Source: an uncultured Actinomycetota bacterium (GTDB taxonomy: Bacteria; Actinomycetota; Actinomycetes; Propionibacteriales; Nocardioidaceae). Taken from it: a stretch of DNA of 64,000 nucleotides. Location of the stretch: contig CAVOHB010000001.1 in assembly GCA_963695705.1 (NCBI GenBank), positions 87,324-151,323 of the forward strand, written 5' to 3'. Below, piece after piece: positions 32,420-53,714 of the stretch (position 1 is the first letter of the stretch; each line of letters opens with the position of its first letter). A program made the translations under genes and the position numbers. Below the pieces are notes generated by a model. That model worked only from the letters and a program-made list of their open reading frames with translations, was not told where the DNA came from and searched no databases.

Positions 32420-32793
32420 CAGGCCTCCTCGCCGGTTCGCTTGGCGACCCGGACGCTGCGCTGCGCCGGGTACGTCGAGCCGTCGGTGCGCCGCTTGCTG
32501 ACGTTGTCGCGGCGGAACGCGACCCGGGTCGGCACGGACTTGTGGTCGACGTCGACCAGCAGCATCACGTTGGAGACGTGGATCGACGCCTCCTGGGTGA
32601 TGATGCCGCCGGTCGTCCCCGCCCGGCCGCCCGCGTTGACAACCTTGGTGTGCCGCTTGATCCGGTTGATGCCCTCGACGATCACCCGATCCTGTTCGGT
32701 GAGCACCGAGATGACCTTGCCCTCGGCGCCCTTGTCCTTGCCGGCGATCACGCGGACGTGGTCGCCCTTCTTGATGTTCAGGCTCTTGGGCAT
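32419..32793 (-). CDS. rplX: 50S ribosomal protein L24
   Basis: 124 aa from [22 protein letters not shown] (KOW motif). The ATG overlaps the rplN TGA. Confidence 0.94.
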   Translation of the reverse strand: MPKSLNIKKGDHVRVIAGKDKGAEGKVISVLTEQDRVIVEGINRIKRHTKVVNAGGRAGTTGGIITQEASIHVSNVMLLVDVDHKSVPTRVAFRRDNVSKRRTDGSTYPAQRSVRVAKRTGEEA

Positions 32794-33161
32794 CACAGCA
32801 CCTCCGGGGCGAGCGAGATGATCTTCATGAACTTCTTCTCGCGCAGCTCACGGCCGACCGGTCCGAAGATGCGCGTCCCTCTGGGCTCGCCGTCGATCCG
32901 AAGGATCACCGCAGCGTTCTCATCGAACCTGATGTAGGAGCCGTCCGGGCGGCGTCGCTCCTTGATCGTGCGAACGATCACGGCCTTGACGACATCGCCC
33001 TTCTTCACGCTCGCACCGGGGATGGCGTCCTTGACCGTGGCGACGATGACGTCGCCGATGCCCGCGTATCGCCGTCCTGAGCCGCCGAGCACGCGGATGC
33101 ACAGGATCTGCTTGGCACCCGTGTTGTCGGCGACCTTCAGCCGCGACTCCTGCTGGATCAT
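32793..33161 (-). CDS. rplN: 50S ribosomal protein L14
   Basis: 122 aa, [17 protein letters not shown]. Confidence 0.97.
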   Translation of the reverse strand: MIQQESRLKVADNTGAKQILCIRVLGGSGRRYAGIGDVIVATVKDAIPGASVKKGDVVKAVIVRTIKERRRPDGSYIRFDENAAVILRIDGEPRGTRIFGPVGRELREKKFMKIISLAPEVL

Positions 33162-33267
33162 CGAATCTCCTGGTTGTCTCGCCGGTTCTCACGTCGCCGT
33201 GAGCCTTGCGGAACGTCACTGTGCCGACGCCGGCCGTCGGTTGTCACTTGCTGGGTCACCTGTTAGG

Positions 33268-33606
33268 TCACTTGGCCTTTTCGAGAACCTCGACGACGCG
33301 CCAGCGCTTGGTGGCGGACATCGGGCGGGTCTCCATGATGACCACCCGGTCGCCGACACCACACTGGTTCTGCTCATCGTGGGCCTTCAGCTTGCTCGTG
33401 CGTCGCAGAACCTTGCCGTACAGGGCGTGCTTGACCCGGTCCTCGACCGCCACGACCACGGTCTTCTCCATCTTGTCGCTGAGCACGAGACCCTCGCGGG
33501 TCTTGCGCCGGCTGCGCTCACTGGTCTGTGTTGAACTGGTCCCTGTTGAACCGATTGCGGTCACGTTCTCTCTCTCGCTACTGGTCTCGTCCGTGGTCTC
33601 AGTCAT
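33268..33606 (-). CDS. rpsQ: 30S ribosomal protein S17 with Thr/Ser/Glu-rich N-terminal extension
   Basis: 112 aa. The core is [29 protein letters not shown]. The start overlaps the rpmC stop (ATGA). Confidence 0.93.
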   Translation of the reverse strand: MTETTDETSSERENVTAIGSTGTSSTQTSERSRRKTREGLVLSDKMEKTVVVAVEDRVKHALYGKVLRRTSKLKAHDEQNQCGVGDRVVIMETRPMSATKRWRVVEVLEKAK

Positions 33607-33866
33607 GCCGCGCCCTCATCGGAGTCGCCGGTGTCGTAGGGCCCGTTGTCGAAGGGTTCGGTGATGCCGAGCTCGCGTTCACGCATGATCGTGTAGATCC
33701 GGGCGATCTCGTGCCGCACCGTGCGCAGCCGCCCGTGGCTCTCCAGCTGGCCGGTCGCCGCCTGGAACCGTAGGTTGAACAGCTCCTGCTTGGCCTCGGC
33801 CAGCTTCTGGGCGAGCTCGTCCTCGGGCAGGTTGCGCAGCTCACCGGCGGTCGTCACCGGGCTCAT
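33603..33866 (-). CDS. rpmC: 50S ribosomal protein L29
   Basis: 87 aa, [27 protein letters not shown]. Confidence 0.94.
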   Translation of the reverse strand: MSPVTTAGELRNLPEDELAQKLAEAKQELFNLRFQAATGQLESHGRLRTVRHEIARIYTIMRERELGITEPFDNGPYDTGDSDEGAA

Positions 33867-34285
33867 CAGAACTCACCTGCTTCCCGGCTGACGAACCGGC
33901 ACTTCATCGGCAGCTTGTGCATGGCGAGCCGCATCGCCTCACGGGCGACCGGCTCGGTGATGCCGGACAGCTCGAACATGACCCGCCCGGGCTTGACGTT
34001 GGCGATCCACCACTCCGGCGAGCCCTTGCCCGAGCCCATCCGGGTCTCGGCCGGCTTCTTGGTCAGCGGCCGGTCGGGGTAGATGTTGATCCACACCTTT
34101 CCGCCACGCTTGATGTGCCGGGTCATCGCGATACGCGCCGACTCGATCTGCCGGTTGGTCACGTAGTGGCTCTCGACCGCCTGGATGCCATAGTCACCGA
34201 ACGCGAGCCTCGTGCCACCCTTGGCCTTTCCGGTCCGCTTGGGGTGGTGCTGCTTGCGGTGCTTGACCCTGCGCGGGATCAACAC
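33866..34285 (-). CDS. rplP: 50S ribosomal protein L16
   Basis: 139 aa, [15 protein letters not shown]. Confidence 0.97.
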   Translation of the reverse strand: MLIPRRVKHRKQHHPKRTGKAKGGTRLAFGDYGIQAVESHYVTNRQIESARIAMTRHIKRGGKVWINIYPDRPLTKKPAETRMGSGKGSPEWWIANVKPGRVMFELSGITEPVAREAMRLAMHKLPMKCRFVSREAGEF

Positions 34286-34288
34286 GGG

Positions 34289-35134
34289 TCAGCCCTCCTG
34301 TCCGGTTGCAGCGGGGGCGACGGCGGTCTCTGCCGGCGGCGCCGAGGCGGGTGCCGGGGCGGAGGCGTTGGGCGGGGACGTGGCGCCCGTCGCCTCGGCG
34401 GCCGGCCGCGCGCCGCGCTCGGGGCGCTCGGGGCGCCGCCTCGAGGTCGGACGGCCCCGACCGGGAGCGGCGGCACGGGCGGCGGCCTGGATCTCGCGCT
34501 CGGCGCGGGTCCCGGCGACCTCACCCTTGTAGATCCACACCTTGACGCCGATCCGCCCGAATGTCGTCTTGGCCTCGTAGAAGCCGTAGTCGATGTCGGC
34601 CCGCAGTGTATGCAGCGGGACCCGGCCCTCACGGTAGAACTCCGAGCGGGACATCTCCGCGCCGCCGAGCCGACCCGAGCACTGGACCCGGATACCCTGG
34701 GCGCCCCCGCGCATCGACGTCTGCATGGCCTTGCGCATCGCCCGGCGGAACGACACCCGGCTGGACAGCTGCTCGGCCACACCCTGCGCGACCAGCTGCG
34801 CGTCGATCTCGGCGTTCTTGACCTCGAGGATGTTGAGCTGGACCTGCTTGCCGGTCAGCTTCTCCAGGTCGCTGCGCAACCGGTCGGCCTCCGCGCCGCG
34901 ACGGCCGATGACGATCCCCGGACGGGCGGTGTGGATGTCGACACGGACCCGTTCACGGGTGCGCTCGATCTCGACCCGGGAGATCCCGGCCCGCTCCATG
35001 CCCTTGGTGAGCATCCGGCGGATCGCGACGTCCTCGCCGACGTACGCCTTGTACAGCTTCTCGGCGTACCACCGGCTCTTGTGATCGGTGGAGATCCCCA
35101 GGCGGAAACCGTGCGGATTGACTTTCTGGCCCAT
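34289..35134 (-). CDS. rpsC: 30S ribosomal protein S3 with Ala/Pro-rich C-terminal tail
   Basis: 281 aa, [24 protein letters not shown]. Confidence 0.96.
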   Translation of the reverse strand: MGQKVNPHGFRLGISTDHKSRWYAEKLYKAYVGEDVAIRRMLTKGMERAGISRVEIERTRERVRVDIHTARPGIVIGRRGAEADRLRSDLEKLTGKQVQLNILEVKNAEIDAQLVAQGVAEQLSSRVSFRRAMRKAMQTSMRGGAQGIRVQCSGRLGGAEMSRSEFYREGRVPLHTLRADIDYGFYEAKTTFGRIGVKVWIYKGEVAGTRAEREIQAAARAAAPGRGRPTSRRRPERPERGARPAAEATGATSPPNASAPAPASAPPAETAVAPAATGQEG

Positions 35135-35562
35135 CAGCGGGTCCTGCCCTTCCTGGGAGTGCTCTGCTCGGGTCGCGGTTGCACGACCACGGTGATGTGG
35201 CTCGTGCGCTTCAGGATCCGGTACGCGCGACCCTGTGCGCGGGGTCGAAAACGCTTCAACGTCGGCCCCTCGCCCACCGTGGCCTTCGTGATGACCAGCG
35301 CGTTCCGGTCCAGCCCCTCGACGGTGACGGCGTTGGACACGGCGCTCTCGAGCACCTTGTAGACCGGTTCGCTGGCTGCCTGCGGCGCGAAGCGAAGCAG
35401 CGCCAGCGCGTCGTCGACCTCTCGTCCGCGCACCAGGTCGACCACCCGGCGGGCCTTCATCGGGCTGATCCGGACGAATCGGCCGATCGCGAACGCGCCG
35501 GGCTCGTCGCCCAGCAGGCTGTCGCGCCGGGCGCTCACGCGCCTTCGCTCCTGAACGGCCAT
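35134..35562 (-). CDS. rplV: 50S ribosomal protein L22
   Basis: 142 aa, [17 protein letters not shown]. Confidence 0.94.
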   Translation of the reverse strand: MAVQERRRVSARRDSLLGDEPGAFAIGRFVRISPMKARRVVDLVRGREVDDALALLRFAPQAASEPVYKVLESAVSNAVTVEGLDRNALVITKATVGEGPTLKRFRPRAQGRAYRILKRTSHITVVVQPRPEQSTPRKGRTR

Positions 35563-35617
35563 CAGCTCAGTTCTCTCTCGTCAGTAGGCATGTCATCTCT
35601 TGCAGATGTCACTCGCA

Positions 35618-35899
35618 TCAGCGGCGCCGGCTCTTGCGGTCGTCCTTGTCGTGCCCTCGGAAGGTCCTGGTAGGCGCGAACTCGCCCAGCTTGTGGCCGA
35701 CCATCGAGTCGGTGATGAACACCGGCACGTGCTTGCGACCGTCGTGCACGGCGAGCGTGTGGCCGATCATCGCCGGCACGATCATCGAGCGGCGTGACCA
35801 GGTGCGGATCACGTTCTTGGTGCCCTTGTCGTTCTGCACGTCCACCTTCTTCATCAGGTGGTCGTCGACGAACGGGCCCTTCTTGAGGCTGCGTGGCAA
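35618..35899 (-). CDS. rpsS: 30S ribosomal protein S19
   Basis: 93 aa, [19 protein letters not shown]. Confidence 0.97.
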   Translation of the reverse strand: MPRSLKKGPFVDDHLMKKVDVQNDKGTKNVIRTWSRRSMIVPAMIGHTLAVHDGRKHVPVFITDSMVGHKLGEFAPTRTFRGHDKDDRKSRRR

Positions 35900-35913
35900 C
35901 GTTTCGGCCCTTC

Positions 35914-36744
35914 TCAGCGCTTGCCGGTCTTGCGACGGCGGACGATCATCTGGTCACTGCTCTTGTGCTTGCGGGTGCGGCCCTCGGGCTGGCCCCACGG
36001 GGACACCGGGTGGCGGCCGCCGGAGGTCTTGCCCTCGCCACCGCCGTGCGGGTGGTCCACCGGGTTCATCGCCACACCGCGCACGGTCGGGCGCTTGCCC
36101 TTCCATCGCATCCGGCCGGCCTTCCCCCAGTTGATGTTGGACTGCTCGGCGTTGCCGACCTCGCCGACCGTGGCCCGGCAGCGGACGTCGACGTAGCGCA
36201 TCTCGCCGGACGGCATCCGCAGCTGCGCGCGGCTGCCCTCCTTGGCGACCAGCTGGACGCGCGCGCCGGCCGAGCGGGCGATCTTCGCACCGCCGCCGGG
36301 CCGCAGCTCGATGGCGTGGATGGTGGTGCCGACCGGGATGTTGCGCAGCGGGAGGTTGTTGCCCGGCTGGATGTCGGATCCCGAGCCGTTCTCCACGCGG
36401 GTGCCCTGGCGCAGGCCGTTGGGCGCGATGATGTAGCGCTTGTCGCCGTCCTCGTAGTGCAGCAGAGCGATCCGCGCGGTGCGGTTGGGGTCGTACTCGA
36501 TGTGCGCGACGCGGGCCGGCACACCGTCCTTGTCGTAGCGGCGGAAGTCGATGATGCGATAGGCCCGCTTGTGCCCACCGCCCTGGTGGCGCGTGGTGAT
36601 GCGCCCCTGGTTGTTCCGGCCGCCCTTGCGCGGCAGCGGCTCGACCAGCGACTTCTCCGGAGTGGTACGCGTGACCTCGACGAAGTCCGCGACGCTCGCG
36701 CCTCGACGGCCCGGCGTTGTCGGCTTGTACCTGCGAATGCCCAT
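35914..36744 (-). CDS. rplB: 50S ribosomal protein L2
   Basis: 276 aa, [15 protein letters not shown] ... [13 protein letters not shown]. Confidence 0.97.
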   Translation of the reverse strand: MGIRRYKPTTPGRRGASVADFVEVTRTTPEKSLVEPLPRKGGRNNQGRITTRHQGGGHKRAYRIIDFRRYDKDGVPARVAHIEYDPNRTARIALLHYEDGDKRYIIAPNGLRQGTRVENGSGSDIQPGNNLPLRNIPVGTTIHAIELRPGGGAKIARSAGARVQLVAKEGSRAQLRMPSGEMRYVDVRCRATVGEVGNAEQSNINWGKAGRMRWKGKRPTVRGVAMNPVDHPHGGGEGKTSGGRHPVSPWGQPEGRTRKHKSSDQMIVRRRKTGKR

Positions 36745-36776
36745 GGGTGCTCAGTCCTCGTATCCTTGCGCCCGCG

Positions 36777-37079
36777 TCACGCCGGGCCTGAGAAGATGTC
36801 GATCCGCTGACCGTCGGCGACGCTGACCACTGCCCGCTTGGTGTCCGGGCGGGAGCCCATGCCGGCGCGGGTACGGCGCTTCTTGCCCACCCGGTTGATG
36901 GTGTTGACGCTGGTGACCTTGACGTTGAACACCTTCTCGACCGCGATCTTGATCTCGGTCTTGTTGGCCCGGGGGTCGACGAGGAACGTGTACTTGTTCT
37001 GGTCGAGGAGGCCGTAGCTCTTCTCGCTGACGACCGGCTGGATCAGCACGTCGCGGTGGTCCTTGTGGATGCTGCTCAT
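36777..37079 (-). CDS. rplW: 50S ribosomal protein L23
   Basis: 100 aa, [34 protein letters not shown]. The start overlaps the rplD stop (ATGA). Confidence 0.95.
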   Translation of the reverse strand: MSSIHKDHRDVLIQPVVSEKSYGLLDQNKYTFLVDPRANKTEIKIAVEKVFNVKVTSVNTINRVGKKRRTRAGMGSRPDTKRAVVSVADGQRIDIFSGPA

Positions 37080-37825
37080 GAGGCTGCCTCCTCCGGCTCG
37101 TCGGCGGTCCGGTCGGATTCGGGCTCGTCGGGCTCAGCGGGCTCGGCGGGTTCAGCGGGTTCAGTAGATGCTGTGTCGGCTGCCCCGTCGGCCTTTCCGG
37201 CGACGAAGGCGTCGTACGCCGACCGGGTGAACACCACGTCGTCGCTGACCAGCACGTCGTAGGTGTTGAGCTGGTCGGCGGCGATCAGGTGGATCGTGTC
37301 GACGTTGCGCAGGCTCAGCCAGGTCACCTCGTCGCCGCGGGCGAGCACGACGAGCACCCGGGGCCGCTGGGTCAGCCGCCCGAGGGCCGCTCGTGCGGTC
37401 TTGGTCGACGGGCTGTCACCGTCGATAAGCCCTTCGACGATGTGCAGCCGGCCGGTCCGCGCCCGGTCGGAGAGAGCCCCGCGCAGCGCGGCGGCCTTCA
37501 TCTTCTTGGGTGTGCGCTGGTCGTAGCGGCGCGGCTTGGGCCCGTTGACCGAGCCACCGCCGGTGAACTGAGGTGCGCGGATCGATCCCTGGCGCGCCCG
37601 TCCCGTGCCCTTCTGCCGGTGCGGCTTGCGCCCCCCGCCGGAGACCTCCGCCCGGCTCAGGGTGGCGTGGGTGCCCTGCCGGGCGGCCGCCTGCTGGGCC
37701 ACGACGACCTGGTGGATCAACGCCACGTTGACGTCGACGTCGAAGATCTGCGGGGGGAGGTCCACACTGCCGGACTTGTTCCCCTCCAGGTCGAACACGT
37801 CGACACTTCCGGCTGCTGGGCTCAC
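37076..37825 (-). CDS. rplD: 50S ribosomal protein L4 with acidic PAEPAEP C-terminal tail
   Basis: The GTG at 37823-37825 overlaps the rplC TGA (GTGA). 249 aa, [15 protein letters not shown] ... [19 protein letters not shown]. Confidence 0.9.
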   Translation of the reverse strand: MSPAAGSVDVFDLEGNKSGSVDLPPQIFDVDVNVALIHQVVVAQQAAARQGTHATLSRAEVSGGGRKPHRQKGTGRARQGSIRAPQFTGGGSVNGPKPRRYDQRTPKKMKAAALRGALSDRARTGRLHIVEGLIDGDSPSTKTARAALGRLTQRPRVLVVLARGDEVTWLSLRNVDTIHLIAADQLNTYDVLVSDDVVFTRSAYDAFVAGKADGAADTASTEPAEPAEPAEPDEPESDRTADEPEEAAS

Positions 37826-38484
37826 CGCTGGGCTCCCTTCGCCTTGCTCGCGCTGCGAATGAGGACCAGACCGTGCTTGGGACCGGGAACGGCTCCCTTG
37901 ATCAGGATCAGCCCGCGCTCGCTGTCGATCGAATGCACGGTGAGGTTCTGGGTGGTGACGCGGTCGCCACCCATCCGGCCGGCCATCTTGACGCCCTTGA
38001 ACACCCGGCCGGGCGTCGCGCAGGCACCGATCGAGCCGGGGGCCCGGTGTACCCGGTGGGCGCCGTGGCTGGCCCGCTGGCCCTTGAACCCGTGGCGTTT
38101 CATCACACCGGCGAATCCCTTGCCCTTGCTGGTGCCGGTCACGTCGACCGTCTCGCCCGCGGCGAACAGGTCGGGGGCGACCTCCTGGCCGAGCTGGTAG
38201 GTCGATGCGTCCTCGGTGCGGATCTCCACCAGGTGCCGCCTCGGTGTCACACCCGCCTTGGCGAAGTGGCCGGCGAGCGGTTTGCGGACCTTGCGTCCCT
38301 CGATCTCGCCGAAGCCGATCTGGACGGCCGAATAGCCGTCGGTGGCCGGCTGGCGGACCTGGGTCACCACGTTGGTGGATGCCTCGATCACCGTCACGGG
38401 GACGACACGGTTGCCCTCGTCCCACAGCTGGGTCATGCCGAGCTTCCTGCCCAGCAGCCCGCGCACGTTCGTTGTGACGCTCAT
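37822..38484 (-). CDS. rplC: 50S ribosomal protein L3
   Basis: 220 aa, [26 protein letters not shown]. Confidence 0.96.
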   Translation of the reverse strand: MSVTTNVRGLLGRKLGMTQLWDEGNRVVPVTVIEASTNVVTQVRQPATDGYSAVQIGFGEIEGRKVRKPLAGHFAKAGVTPRRHLVEIRTEDASTYQLGQEVAPDLFAAGETVDVTGTSKGKGFAGVMKRHGFKGQRASHGAHRVHRAPGSIGACATPGRVFKGVKMAGRMGGDRVTTQNLTVHSIDSERGLILIKGAVPGPKHGLVLIRSASKAKGAQR

Positions 38485-38498
38485 TGGTGTCCGATCCC

Positions 38499-38807
38499 TC
38501 AGAGCTTGATCTCGATGTCGACACCCGCGGGAAGGTCGAGTCGCATCAGCGAGTCGACCGTCTTGGGCGTGGGGTCGATGATGTCGATGAGGCGCTTGTG
38601 CGTACGCATCTCGAAATGCTCGCGGCTGTCCTTGTACTTGTGCGGCGAGCGGATGACGCAGAAGACGTTCTTCTCGGTCGGCAGCGGAACCGGGCCGGCC
38701 ACCCTTGCCCCGGTGCGCGTGACCGTGTCCACGATCTTGCGTGCCGAGGAGTCGATCACCTCGTGGTCATAGGCCTTGAGCCTGATGCGGATCTTCTGTC
38801 CCGCCAT
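38499..38807 (-). CDS. rpsJ: 30S ribosomal protein S10
   Basis: 102 aa from [28 protein letters not shown]. The upstream in-frame part of ORF 38499..39164 was rejected. Confidence 0.95.
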   Translation of the reverse strand: MAGQKIRIRLKAYDHEVIDSSARKIVDTVTRTGARVAGPVPLPTEKNVFCVIRSPHKYKDSREHFEMRTHKRLIDIIDPTPKTVDSLMRLDLPAGVDIEIKL

Positions 38808-39138
38808 CGCTCCGCTTCGCCTTTCGTCGTACCGCTGTGGTCTCGTCGCGCTCCGGAGGAACACGACCCTGTACTGCTCGTACCGTGCTGCTTGCCGACC
38901 CCCGAGGTCGGGTGTGTCGCGGGTGTTACGCGCAGCACACCCTCGGTCTGCGGAGGGGTTATGGGCTGTGCGGCCGTTCCGGTGCCGGGTCACGGCCACC
39001 TGCTCCGAGGTCTCCGGTCCGGCACGGCCCACCGCCGAAGGGCGGACAGGGCGCACCCCGGCGGCCTTGCCGAAGCAACCGAGACAGTATGCCAGAGGCA
39101 TCCTGCCCGGCGCCAATCGCTGGATGGTTGACACGGAT

Positions 39139-39170
39139 GCTCCGGTGCGCGCGGCCGCGCGCACCGGAGC
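39139..39170 (-). terminator. perfect 32-nt GC-rich palindrome 6 nt after the tuf stop (putative terminator, no U-tract)
   Basis: GCTCCGGTGCGCGCGGCCGCGCGCACCGGAGC is its own reverse complement. Confidence 0.6.
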
Positions 39171-39176
39171 CCCGGT

Positions 39177-40370
<1,194 letters not shown>

Positions 40371-40473
40371 TTTGGGCTCCTCCTAGAACTCGTTGCGTTG
40401 ACACCGAATGCGACTGCCGGTGGACCGTACCGCGAATCGGCCGGTTGGACCGAATCACGAACGAGCCGACCGG

Positions 40474-42576
<2,103 letters not shown>

Positions 42577-42671
42577 GGTGGGCGTCTACCTCGATTTCGT
42601 CAGTGTTCGGGCTGGGGCTGCGCCGGCACGCGACCGCGCCAGGGGTGCTCCCCGGCGGGTCGAGCCGCGCG

Positions 42672-43142
42672 TCACCAGCGGTAGTGCGCGAAGGCCTTGT
42701 TGGACTCGGCCATCTTGTGGGTGTCCTCGCGCCGCTTCACCGCGGCGCCGAGGCCGTTGGAGGCGTCGAGCAGCTCGTTCATCAGCCGCTCGGCCATCGT
42801 CTTCTCCCGGCGCGCCTTGGAGTACTGCACCAGCCAGCGCAGGCCGAGCGTCGTCGAGCGTGGGCCGCGGACCTCGACCGGCACCTGGTAGGTGGCGCCG
42901 CCGACGCGTCGGCTGCGGACCTCCAGAGCGGGCTTGACGTTGTCCAGTGCGCGCTTGAGCGTGACAACCGGGTCCGTACCCGTCTTCTCCCGGCATCCCT
43001 CCAGCGCTGTATAGACAATGCGCTGCGCGACCTGTTTCTTCCCGTCGACGAGCACCTTGCTGATCAGCTGGGTGACGACCGGGCTGGTGTAAACGGGGTC
43101 GACGACCACCGGACGTGCGGGTGCTGGGCCTTTGCGCGGCAT
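42672..43142 (-). CDS. rpsG: 30S ribosomal protein S7
   Basis: 156 aa from [23 protein letters not shown]. The start overlaps the rpsL stop (TGATG). Confidence 0.95.
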   Translation of the reverse strand: MPRKGPAPARPVVVDPVYTSPVVTQLISKVLVDGKKQVAQRIVYTALEGCREKTGTDPVVTLKRALDNVKPALEVRSRRVGGATYQVPVEVRGPRSTTLGLRWLVQYSKARREKTMAERLMNELLDASNGLGAAVKRREDTHKMAESNKAFAHYRW

Positions 43143-43516
43143 CAGCTCTTCTCCCTCTTCGCGCCGTAGCGGCTGCGTGCCTGCCTGCGGTTCTTGACGC
43201 CCTGGGTGTCGAGCGAACCACGGATGATCTTGTAGCGGACGCCGGGCAGGTCCTTCACCCGCCCGCCGCGCACCAGGACGATCGAGTGCTCCTGCAGGTT
43301 GTGACCGACGCCGGGGATGTAGGCCGTGACCTCGATGCCGCTGGTGAGGCGGACACGCGCGACCTTGCGCAGCGCGGAGTTGGGCTTCTTCGGGGTCGTG
43401 GTGTAGACACGCGTGCACACACCGCGTCGCTGAGGGCTTCCCTTGAGCGCGGGCGTCTTGTTCTTCGACACCTTGTCGGTGCGGCCCTTGCGGACCAGCT
43501 GGTTGATCGTGGGCAC
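43142..43516 (-). CDS. rpsL: 30S ribosomal protein S12
   Basis: GTG start, [48 protein letters not shown], 124 aa. Confidence 0.94.
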   Translation of the reverse strand: MPTINQLVRKGRTDKVSKNKTPALKGSPQRRGVCTRVYTTTPKKPNSALRKVARVRLTSGIEVTAYIPGVGHNLQEHSIVLVRGGRVKDLPGVRYKIIRGSLDTQGVKNRRQARSRYGAKREKS

Positions 43517-43715
43517 CGCGTGAATCTCTTTTCCGGTCGGCTTCGCTGGGTTCTGTCGTCCTGCACGACCCCCGTAGTCGGGCGTGTCACCAATCTCGCT
43601 GCCAATGCGGTCGGTTTCACCGAATCGGCGCCTGAGAAACGTCGGTGCAGAACGGTGTGCTTCGGTCGTCCCTAGGCACACGTAAAGGCCTGGAACCATC
43701 CAGGCTCGACTGTCA

Positions 43716-43744
43716 AGGTTACCGGGTCCGCCTGCGAGGGTCAA
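43716..43744 (-). promoter_or_regulatory. predicted rpsL (str operon) promoter (-35 TTGACC, 17 nt, -10 TAACCT)
   Basis: Minus strand reads TTTTGACCCTC...TAACCT, giving a leader of about 190 nt. Hexamer match only. Confidence 0.45.
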
Positions 43745-43782
43745 AAACAAAGGCATGGCGGCTGACCTGCCATGATGCTCCG

Positions 43783-44430
43783 ATGGGACCGAGGGGGGCA
43801 CCGACGGATCCTCCTGCGCGCCCCGGTCATTCGCCGAGCCTCGTACCCGCGCTGGACATCGCGGCCAAGGTCGGACTGGTCGCGCTGTTGCTGGTGGCCG
43901 TGATCTGGCCGGACCTCGGGGGACTGAAGGGCAAGGCGGCGGGGGCCAGGCTCGCGGTCTACCCCGTCGGCGCCGCCGCCGTCCCGCTGGTCTGGTGGGC
44001 CACCCGGCGGCGCCGGCCGCGGCCGTTCCCCTGGCTCGGTGACCTGCTGTTCACCCTGCCCTGGTTCCTCGACACGCTCGGGAACCGGCTGAACCTGTTC
44101 GACACCATCTCGTGGTGGGACGACTGGATGCACTTCCTCAGCTGGGGTCTGCTGACCGCCGCGATCCTGGTGCTGTTCCCACCGGCGCATGGCCTCTCAC
44201 CGACGCTGGAGCGCGCCCTGGCCTTCGGCTGCGCGTCCGCCCTGCTGTGGGAGCTCGGCGAGTACGCCGCGTTCATCCGTCACTCTCCGGAGCTTCAGAC
44301 GGCCTACACCGACACGCTCGGCGACCTGACCCTTGGCACGCTCGGCTCCCTCGTCGCGGGCGTTGTCCTGTGGCGGATCCGGCGGGACGAACCGAGCCGG
44401 GAGCCGGTCAGCGCCGAGCAGCAGCGGTAA
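43783..44430 (+). CDS. hypothetical integral membrane protein
   Basis: 215 aa from MGPRGAP with several hydrophobic helices ([41 protein letters not shown]). I do not recognise a family. Confidence 0.6.
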   Translation: MGPRGAPTDPPARPGHSPSLVPALDIAAKVGLVALLLVAVIWPDLGGLKGKAAGARLAVYPVGAAAVPLVWWATRRRRPRPFPWLGDLLFTLPWFLDTLGNRLNLFDTISWWDDWMHFLSWGLLTAAILVLFPPAHGLSPTLERALAFGCASALLWELGEYAAFIRHSPELQTAYTDTLGDLTLGTLGSLVAGVVLWRIRRDEPSREPVSAEQQR

Positions 44431-44471
44431 AGCACTCGACGTCACACCCGCGCAGCGGCGATCGTGGGTGG

Positions 44472-45323
44472 ATGCCATGGGCTTTCAGCGACCAGGTCGA
44501 CGACTACGCGGAGCACGCCTCGGGTCTGCTCAACGAGCGCCCGGTGGAGAATACGATCGCGCTCACCATGATCGAGACGCTGCGGGCGGGGCGCCGCTGG
44601 TCCGGCGAACCCTTGCTGTTCGGGTGGTACGACGCCGGTCCCGGCGCGGCGCAGCCGTCCGGGGCGATCAGCCTCACCCCGCCGTACGAGCTGCTGCTCA
44701 GCGTCGTGCCCGACGGCACCGTGGACGAGCTCGTCGATGCGCTGCGCGGCCGCGGAGTCCCGCTGCCGGGCGTCAACGGTGACGATGCCCTGGCGGACCG
44801 GTTCGCGGCGGCCTGGACGGCCGGGACCGCGCTGCACGCCGAGATGAGGATGCACACCCGGCTGTACGCCCTGCGCGCGCTCAGGGCCGTGACACCGGCA
44901 CCTCCGGGCCGGCCGCGCCGAGCCGTCGAGGCCGACGGCGAGCGGGCGATGGCCTGGTTCGCCGCCTTCCAGACCGAGGCCGGAGCCCAGGAGGTCGATG
45001 CCAGCTCAGTGGTGCGCTACCGCATCGCGAACGGCCTGATGTGGGTGTGGGAGCTCGACGACGGCGAGGTGGTGTCGCTGGCCGGCCGGAACGCGGCCGC
45101 GGCGGGAGTCTCCCGGGTGGGACCGGTGTACACGCCGCCGGAGCACCGGCGCCGCGGCTACGGTGCCGCGGTGACCGCGGCCTGCACCGCCGATGCCTTG
45201 GCAGGGGACGCGGATCACGTCGTGCTGTTCACCGACCTCGCCAACCCGACCTCGAACTCGATCTACCGGCGGATCGGGTACCGGCCGGTCTGCGACCGCA
45301 AGGTGATCCACTTCACCGGGTAG
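44472..45323 (+). CDS. GNAT family N-acetyltransferase
   Basis: 283 aa. The C-terminal part, GPVYTPPEHRRRGYGAAVTAACT ... NPTSNSIYRRIGYRPV, is typical GNAT motif A/B. Confidence 0.75.
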   Translation: MPWAFSDQVDDYAEHASGLLNERPVENTIALTMIETLRAGRRWSGEPLLFGWYDAGPGAAQPSGAISLTPPYELLLSVVPDGTVDELVDALRGRGVPLPGVNGDDALADRFAAAWTAGTALHAEMRMHTRLYALRALRAVTPAPPGRPRRAVEADGERAMAWFAAFQTEAGAQEVDASSVVRYRIANGLMWVWELDDGEVVSLAGRNAAAAGVSRVGPVYTPPEHRRRGYGAAVTAACTADALAGDADHVVLFTDLANPTSNSIYRRIGYRPVCDRKVIHFTG

Positions 45324-45348
45324 CCAGGCGTCGGCCGGTCGGGCCCCC

Positions 45349-45408
45349 GGCTGCACACGCGAGTGCAGCCGATGGGAACCGCCGGTTCGGCGGTTCGCAT
45401 CGGCTGCA
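45349..45408. terminator. compound GC-rich hairpins between the convergent GNAT gene and rpoC (putative bidirectional terminator)
   Basis: Hairpin 1 is GGCTGCAC-acgcga-GTGCAGCC (45349-45370). Hairpin 2 has an 11-bp outer stem (TGCAGCCGATG/CATCGGCTGCA) and a 9-bp inner stem (GAACCGCCG-gtt-CGGCGGTTC) at 45364-45408. The two hairpins share 45364-45370. Confidence 0.55.
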
Positions 45409-45440
45409 GTGACCCTCGCGGGTGGTGGACCTTCAGGACC

Positions 45441-49322
<3,882 letters not shown>

Positions 49323-49425
49323 GATGGCTTCTCTCTCCTATGCATAGGGGTCGATCCAAGGGCAAACCCGAGGGGGAACAGCTGAGTGGGTGAGCCGAAC
49401 GCGACCGGCGACCGGCTCACCTCCC

Positions 49426-52908
<3,483 letters not shown>

Positions 52909-53256
52909 CAGGGGTCCTTCCGAGGGCTCGCGGACTCATATGATGAGTGCCCTGAGACTGGCCGACGGGTCGTGTCGTTTCTGGACACGGGGCGGCTGGG
53001 GGATCAGTAGGCAGGGCAAACAGGCAGTTTAGCCGATGGGCAGGGCACATTACAAGTCGGCGTCCCTGTCAAATTTCAACAGGATCCGCGACCGCTGGCG
53101 CAGAGCGACGATGTCCTCTCGTACTGCCCTCGAAACCTGACGGAAGCATGACCGGTCTGGGCGCGTACGTCAAGGGATCGGCGTTCGCCACCGGTGACGG
53201 CGTGTGCCGGATCCGCGGCCCTGTTCCGGTCCCGGCCGGTGGGCGGGCCGCGTTCG

Positions 53257-53643
53257 TCACCTCACCGTGACGGACGCGCCGGCGGCCTCGAGGGAGTCCT
53301 TGGCCTTGTCGGCGGCGTCACGGGCGACCTTCTCCAGGACCGCCTTGGGTGCGCTCTCGACGAGGTCCTTGGCCTCTTTCAGCCCGAGGCTGGTGAGCGT
53401 CCGGACCTCCTTGATGACCTGGATCTTCTTGTCGCCGACGGCGTCGAGCACGACGTCGAACTCGTCCTGCTCCTCGACCGGCGCGGCCTCGGTCCCACCG
53501 CCGGACGTCGGCGCGGCGGCAGCGACCGGCGCGGCGGCGGTCACGCCGAAGGTGTCCTCGAACTGCTTCACGAAGTCGCTGAGCTCGAGAAGGGTCATCT
53601 CCTTGAAGGCGTCGAGGAGTTCATCGGTGTTGAGCTTCGCCAT
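53257..53643 (-). CDS. rplL: 50S ribosomal protein L7/L12
   Basis: 128 aa, [34 protein letters not shown]. Confidence 0.97.
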   Translation of the reverse strand: MAKLNTDELLDAFKEMTLLELSDFVKQFEDTFGVTAAAPVAAAAPTSGGGTEAAPVEEQDEFDVVLDAVGDKKIQVIKEVRTLTSLGLKEAKDLVESAPKAVLEKVARDAADKAKDSLEAAGASVTVR

Positions 53644-53714
53644 GATGTGGCGTTCCTTCCAGGTGGCGCCCCGTGTGTGGGGCAGGGTTCGGGTGTTCGG
53701 TCGGGGTGCGGCGC

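Noticed and set aside
52909-53256. Promoter-like TTGAAATTTGACAGGGACGCCGACTTGTAATGT on the minus strand upstream of rpoB.
   Set aside because: The spacing between either -35 candidate (TTGAAA or TTGACA) and TAATGT is 21 or 14 nt. Neither fits, so I do not report it as a feature.
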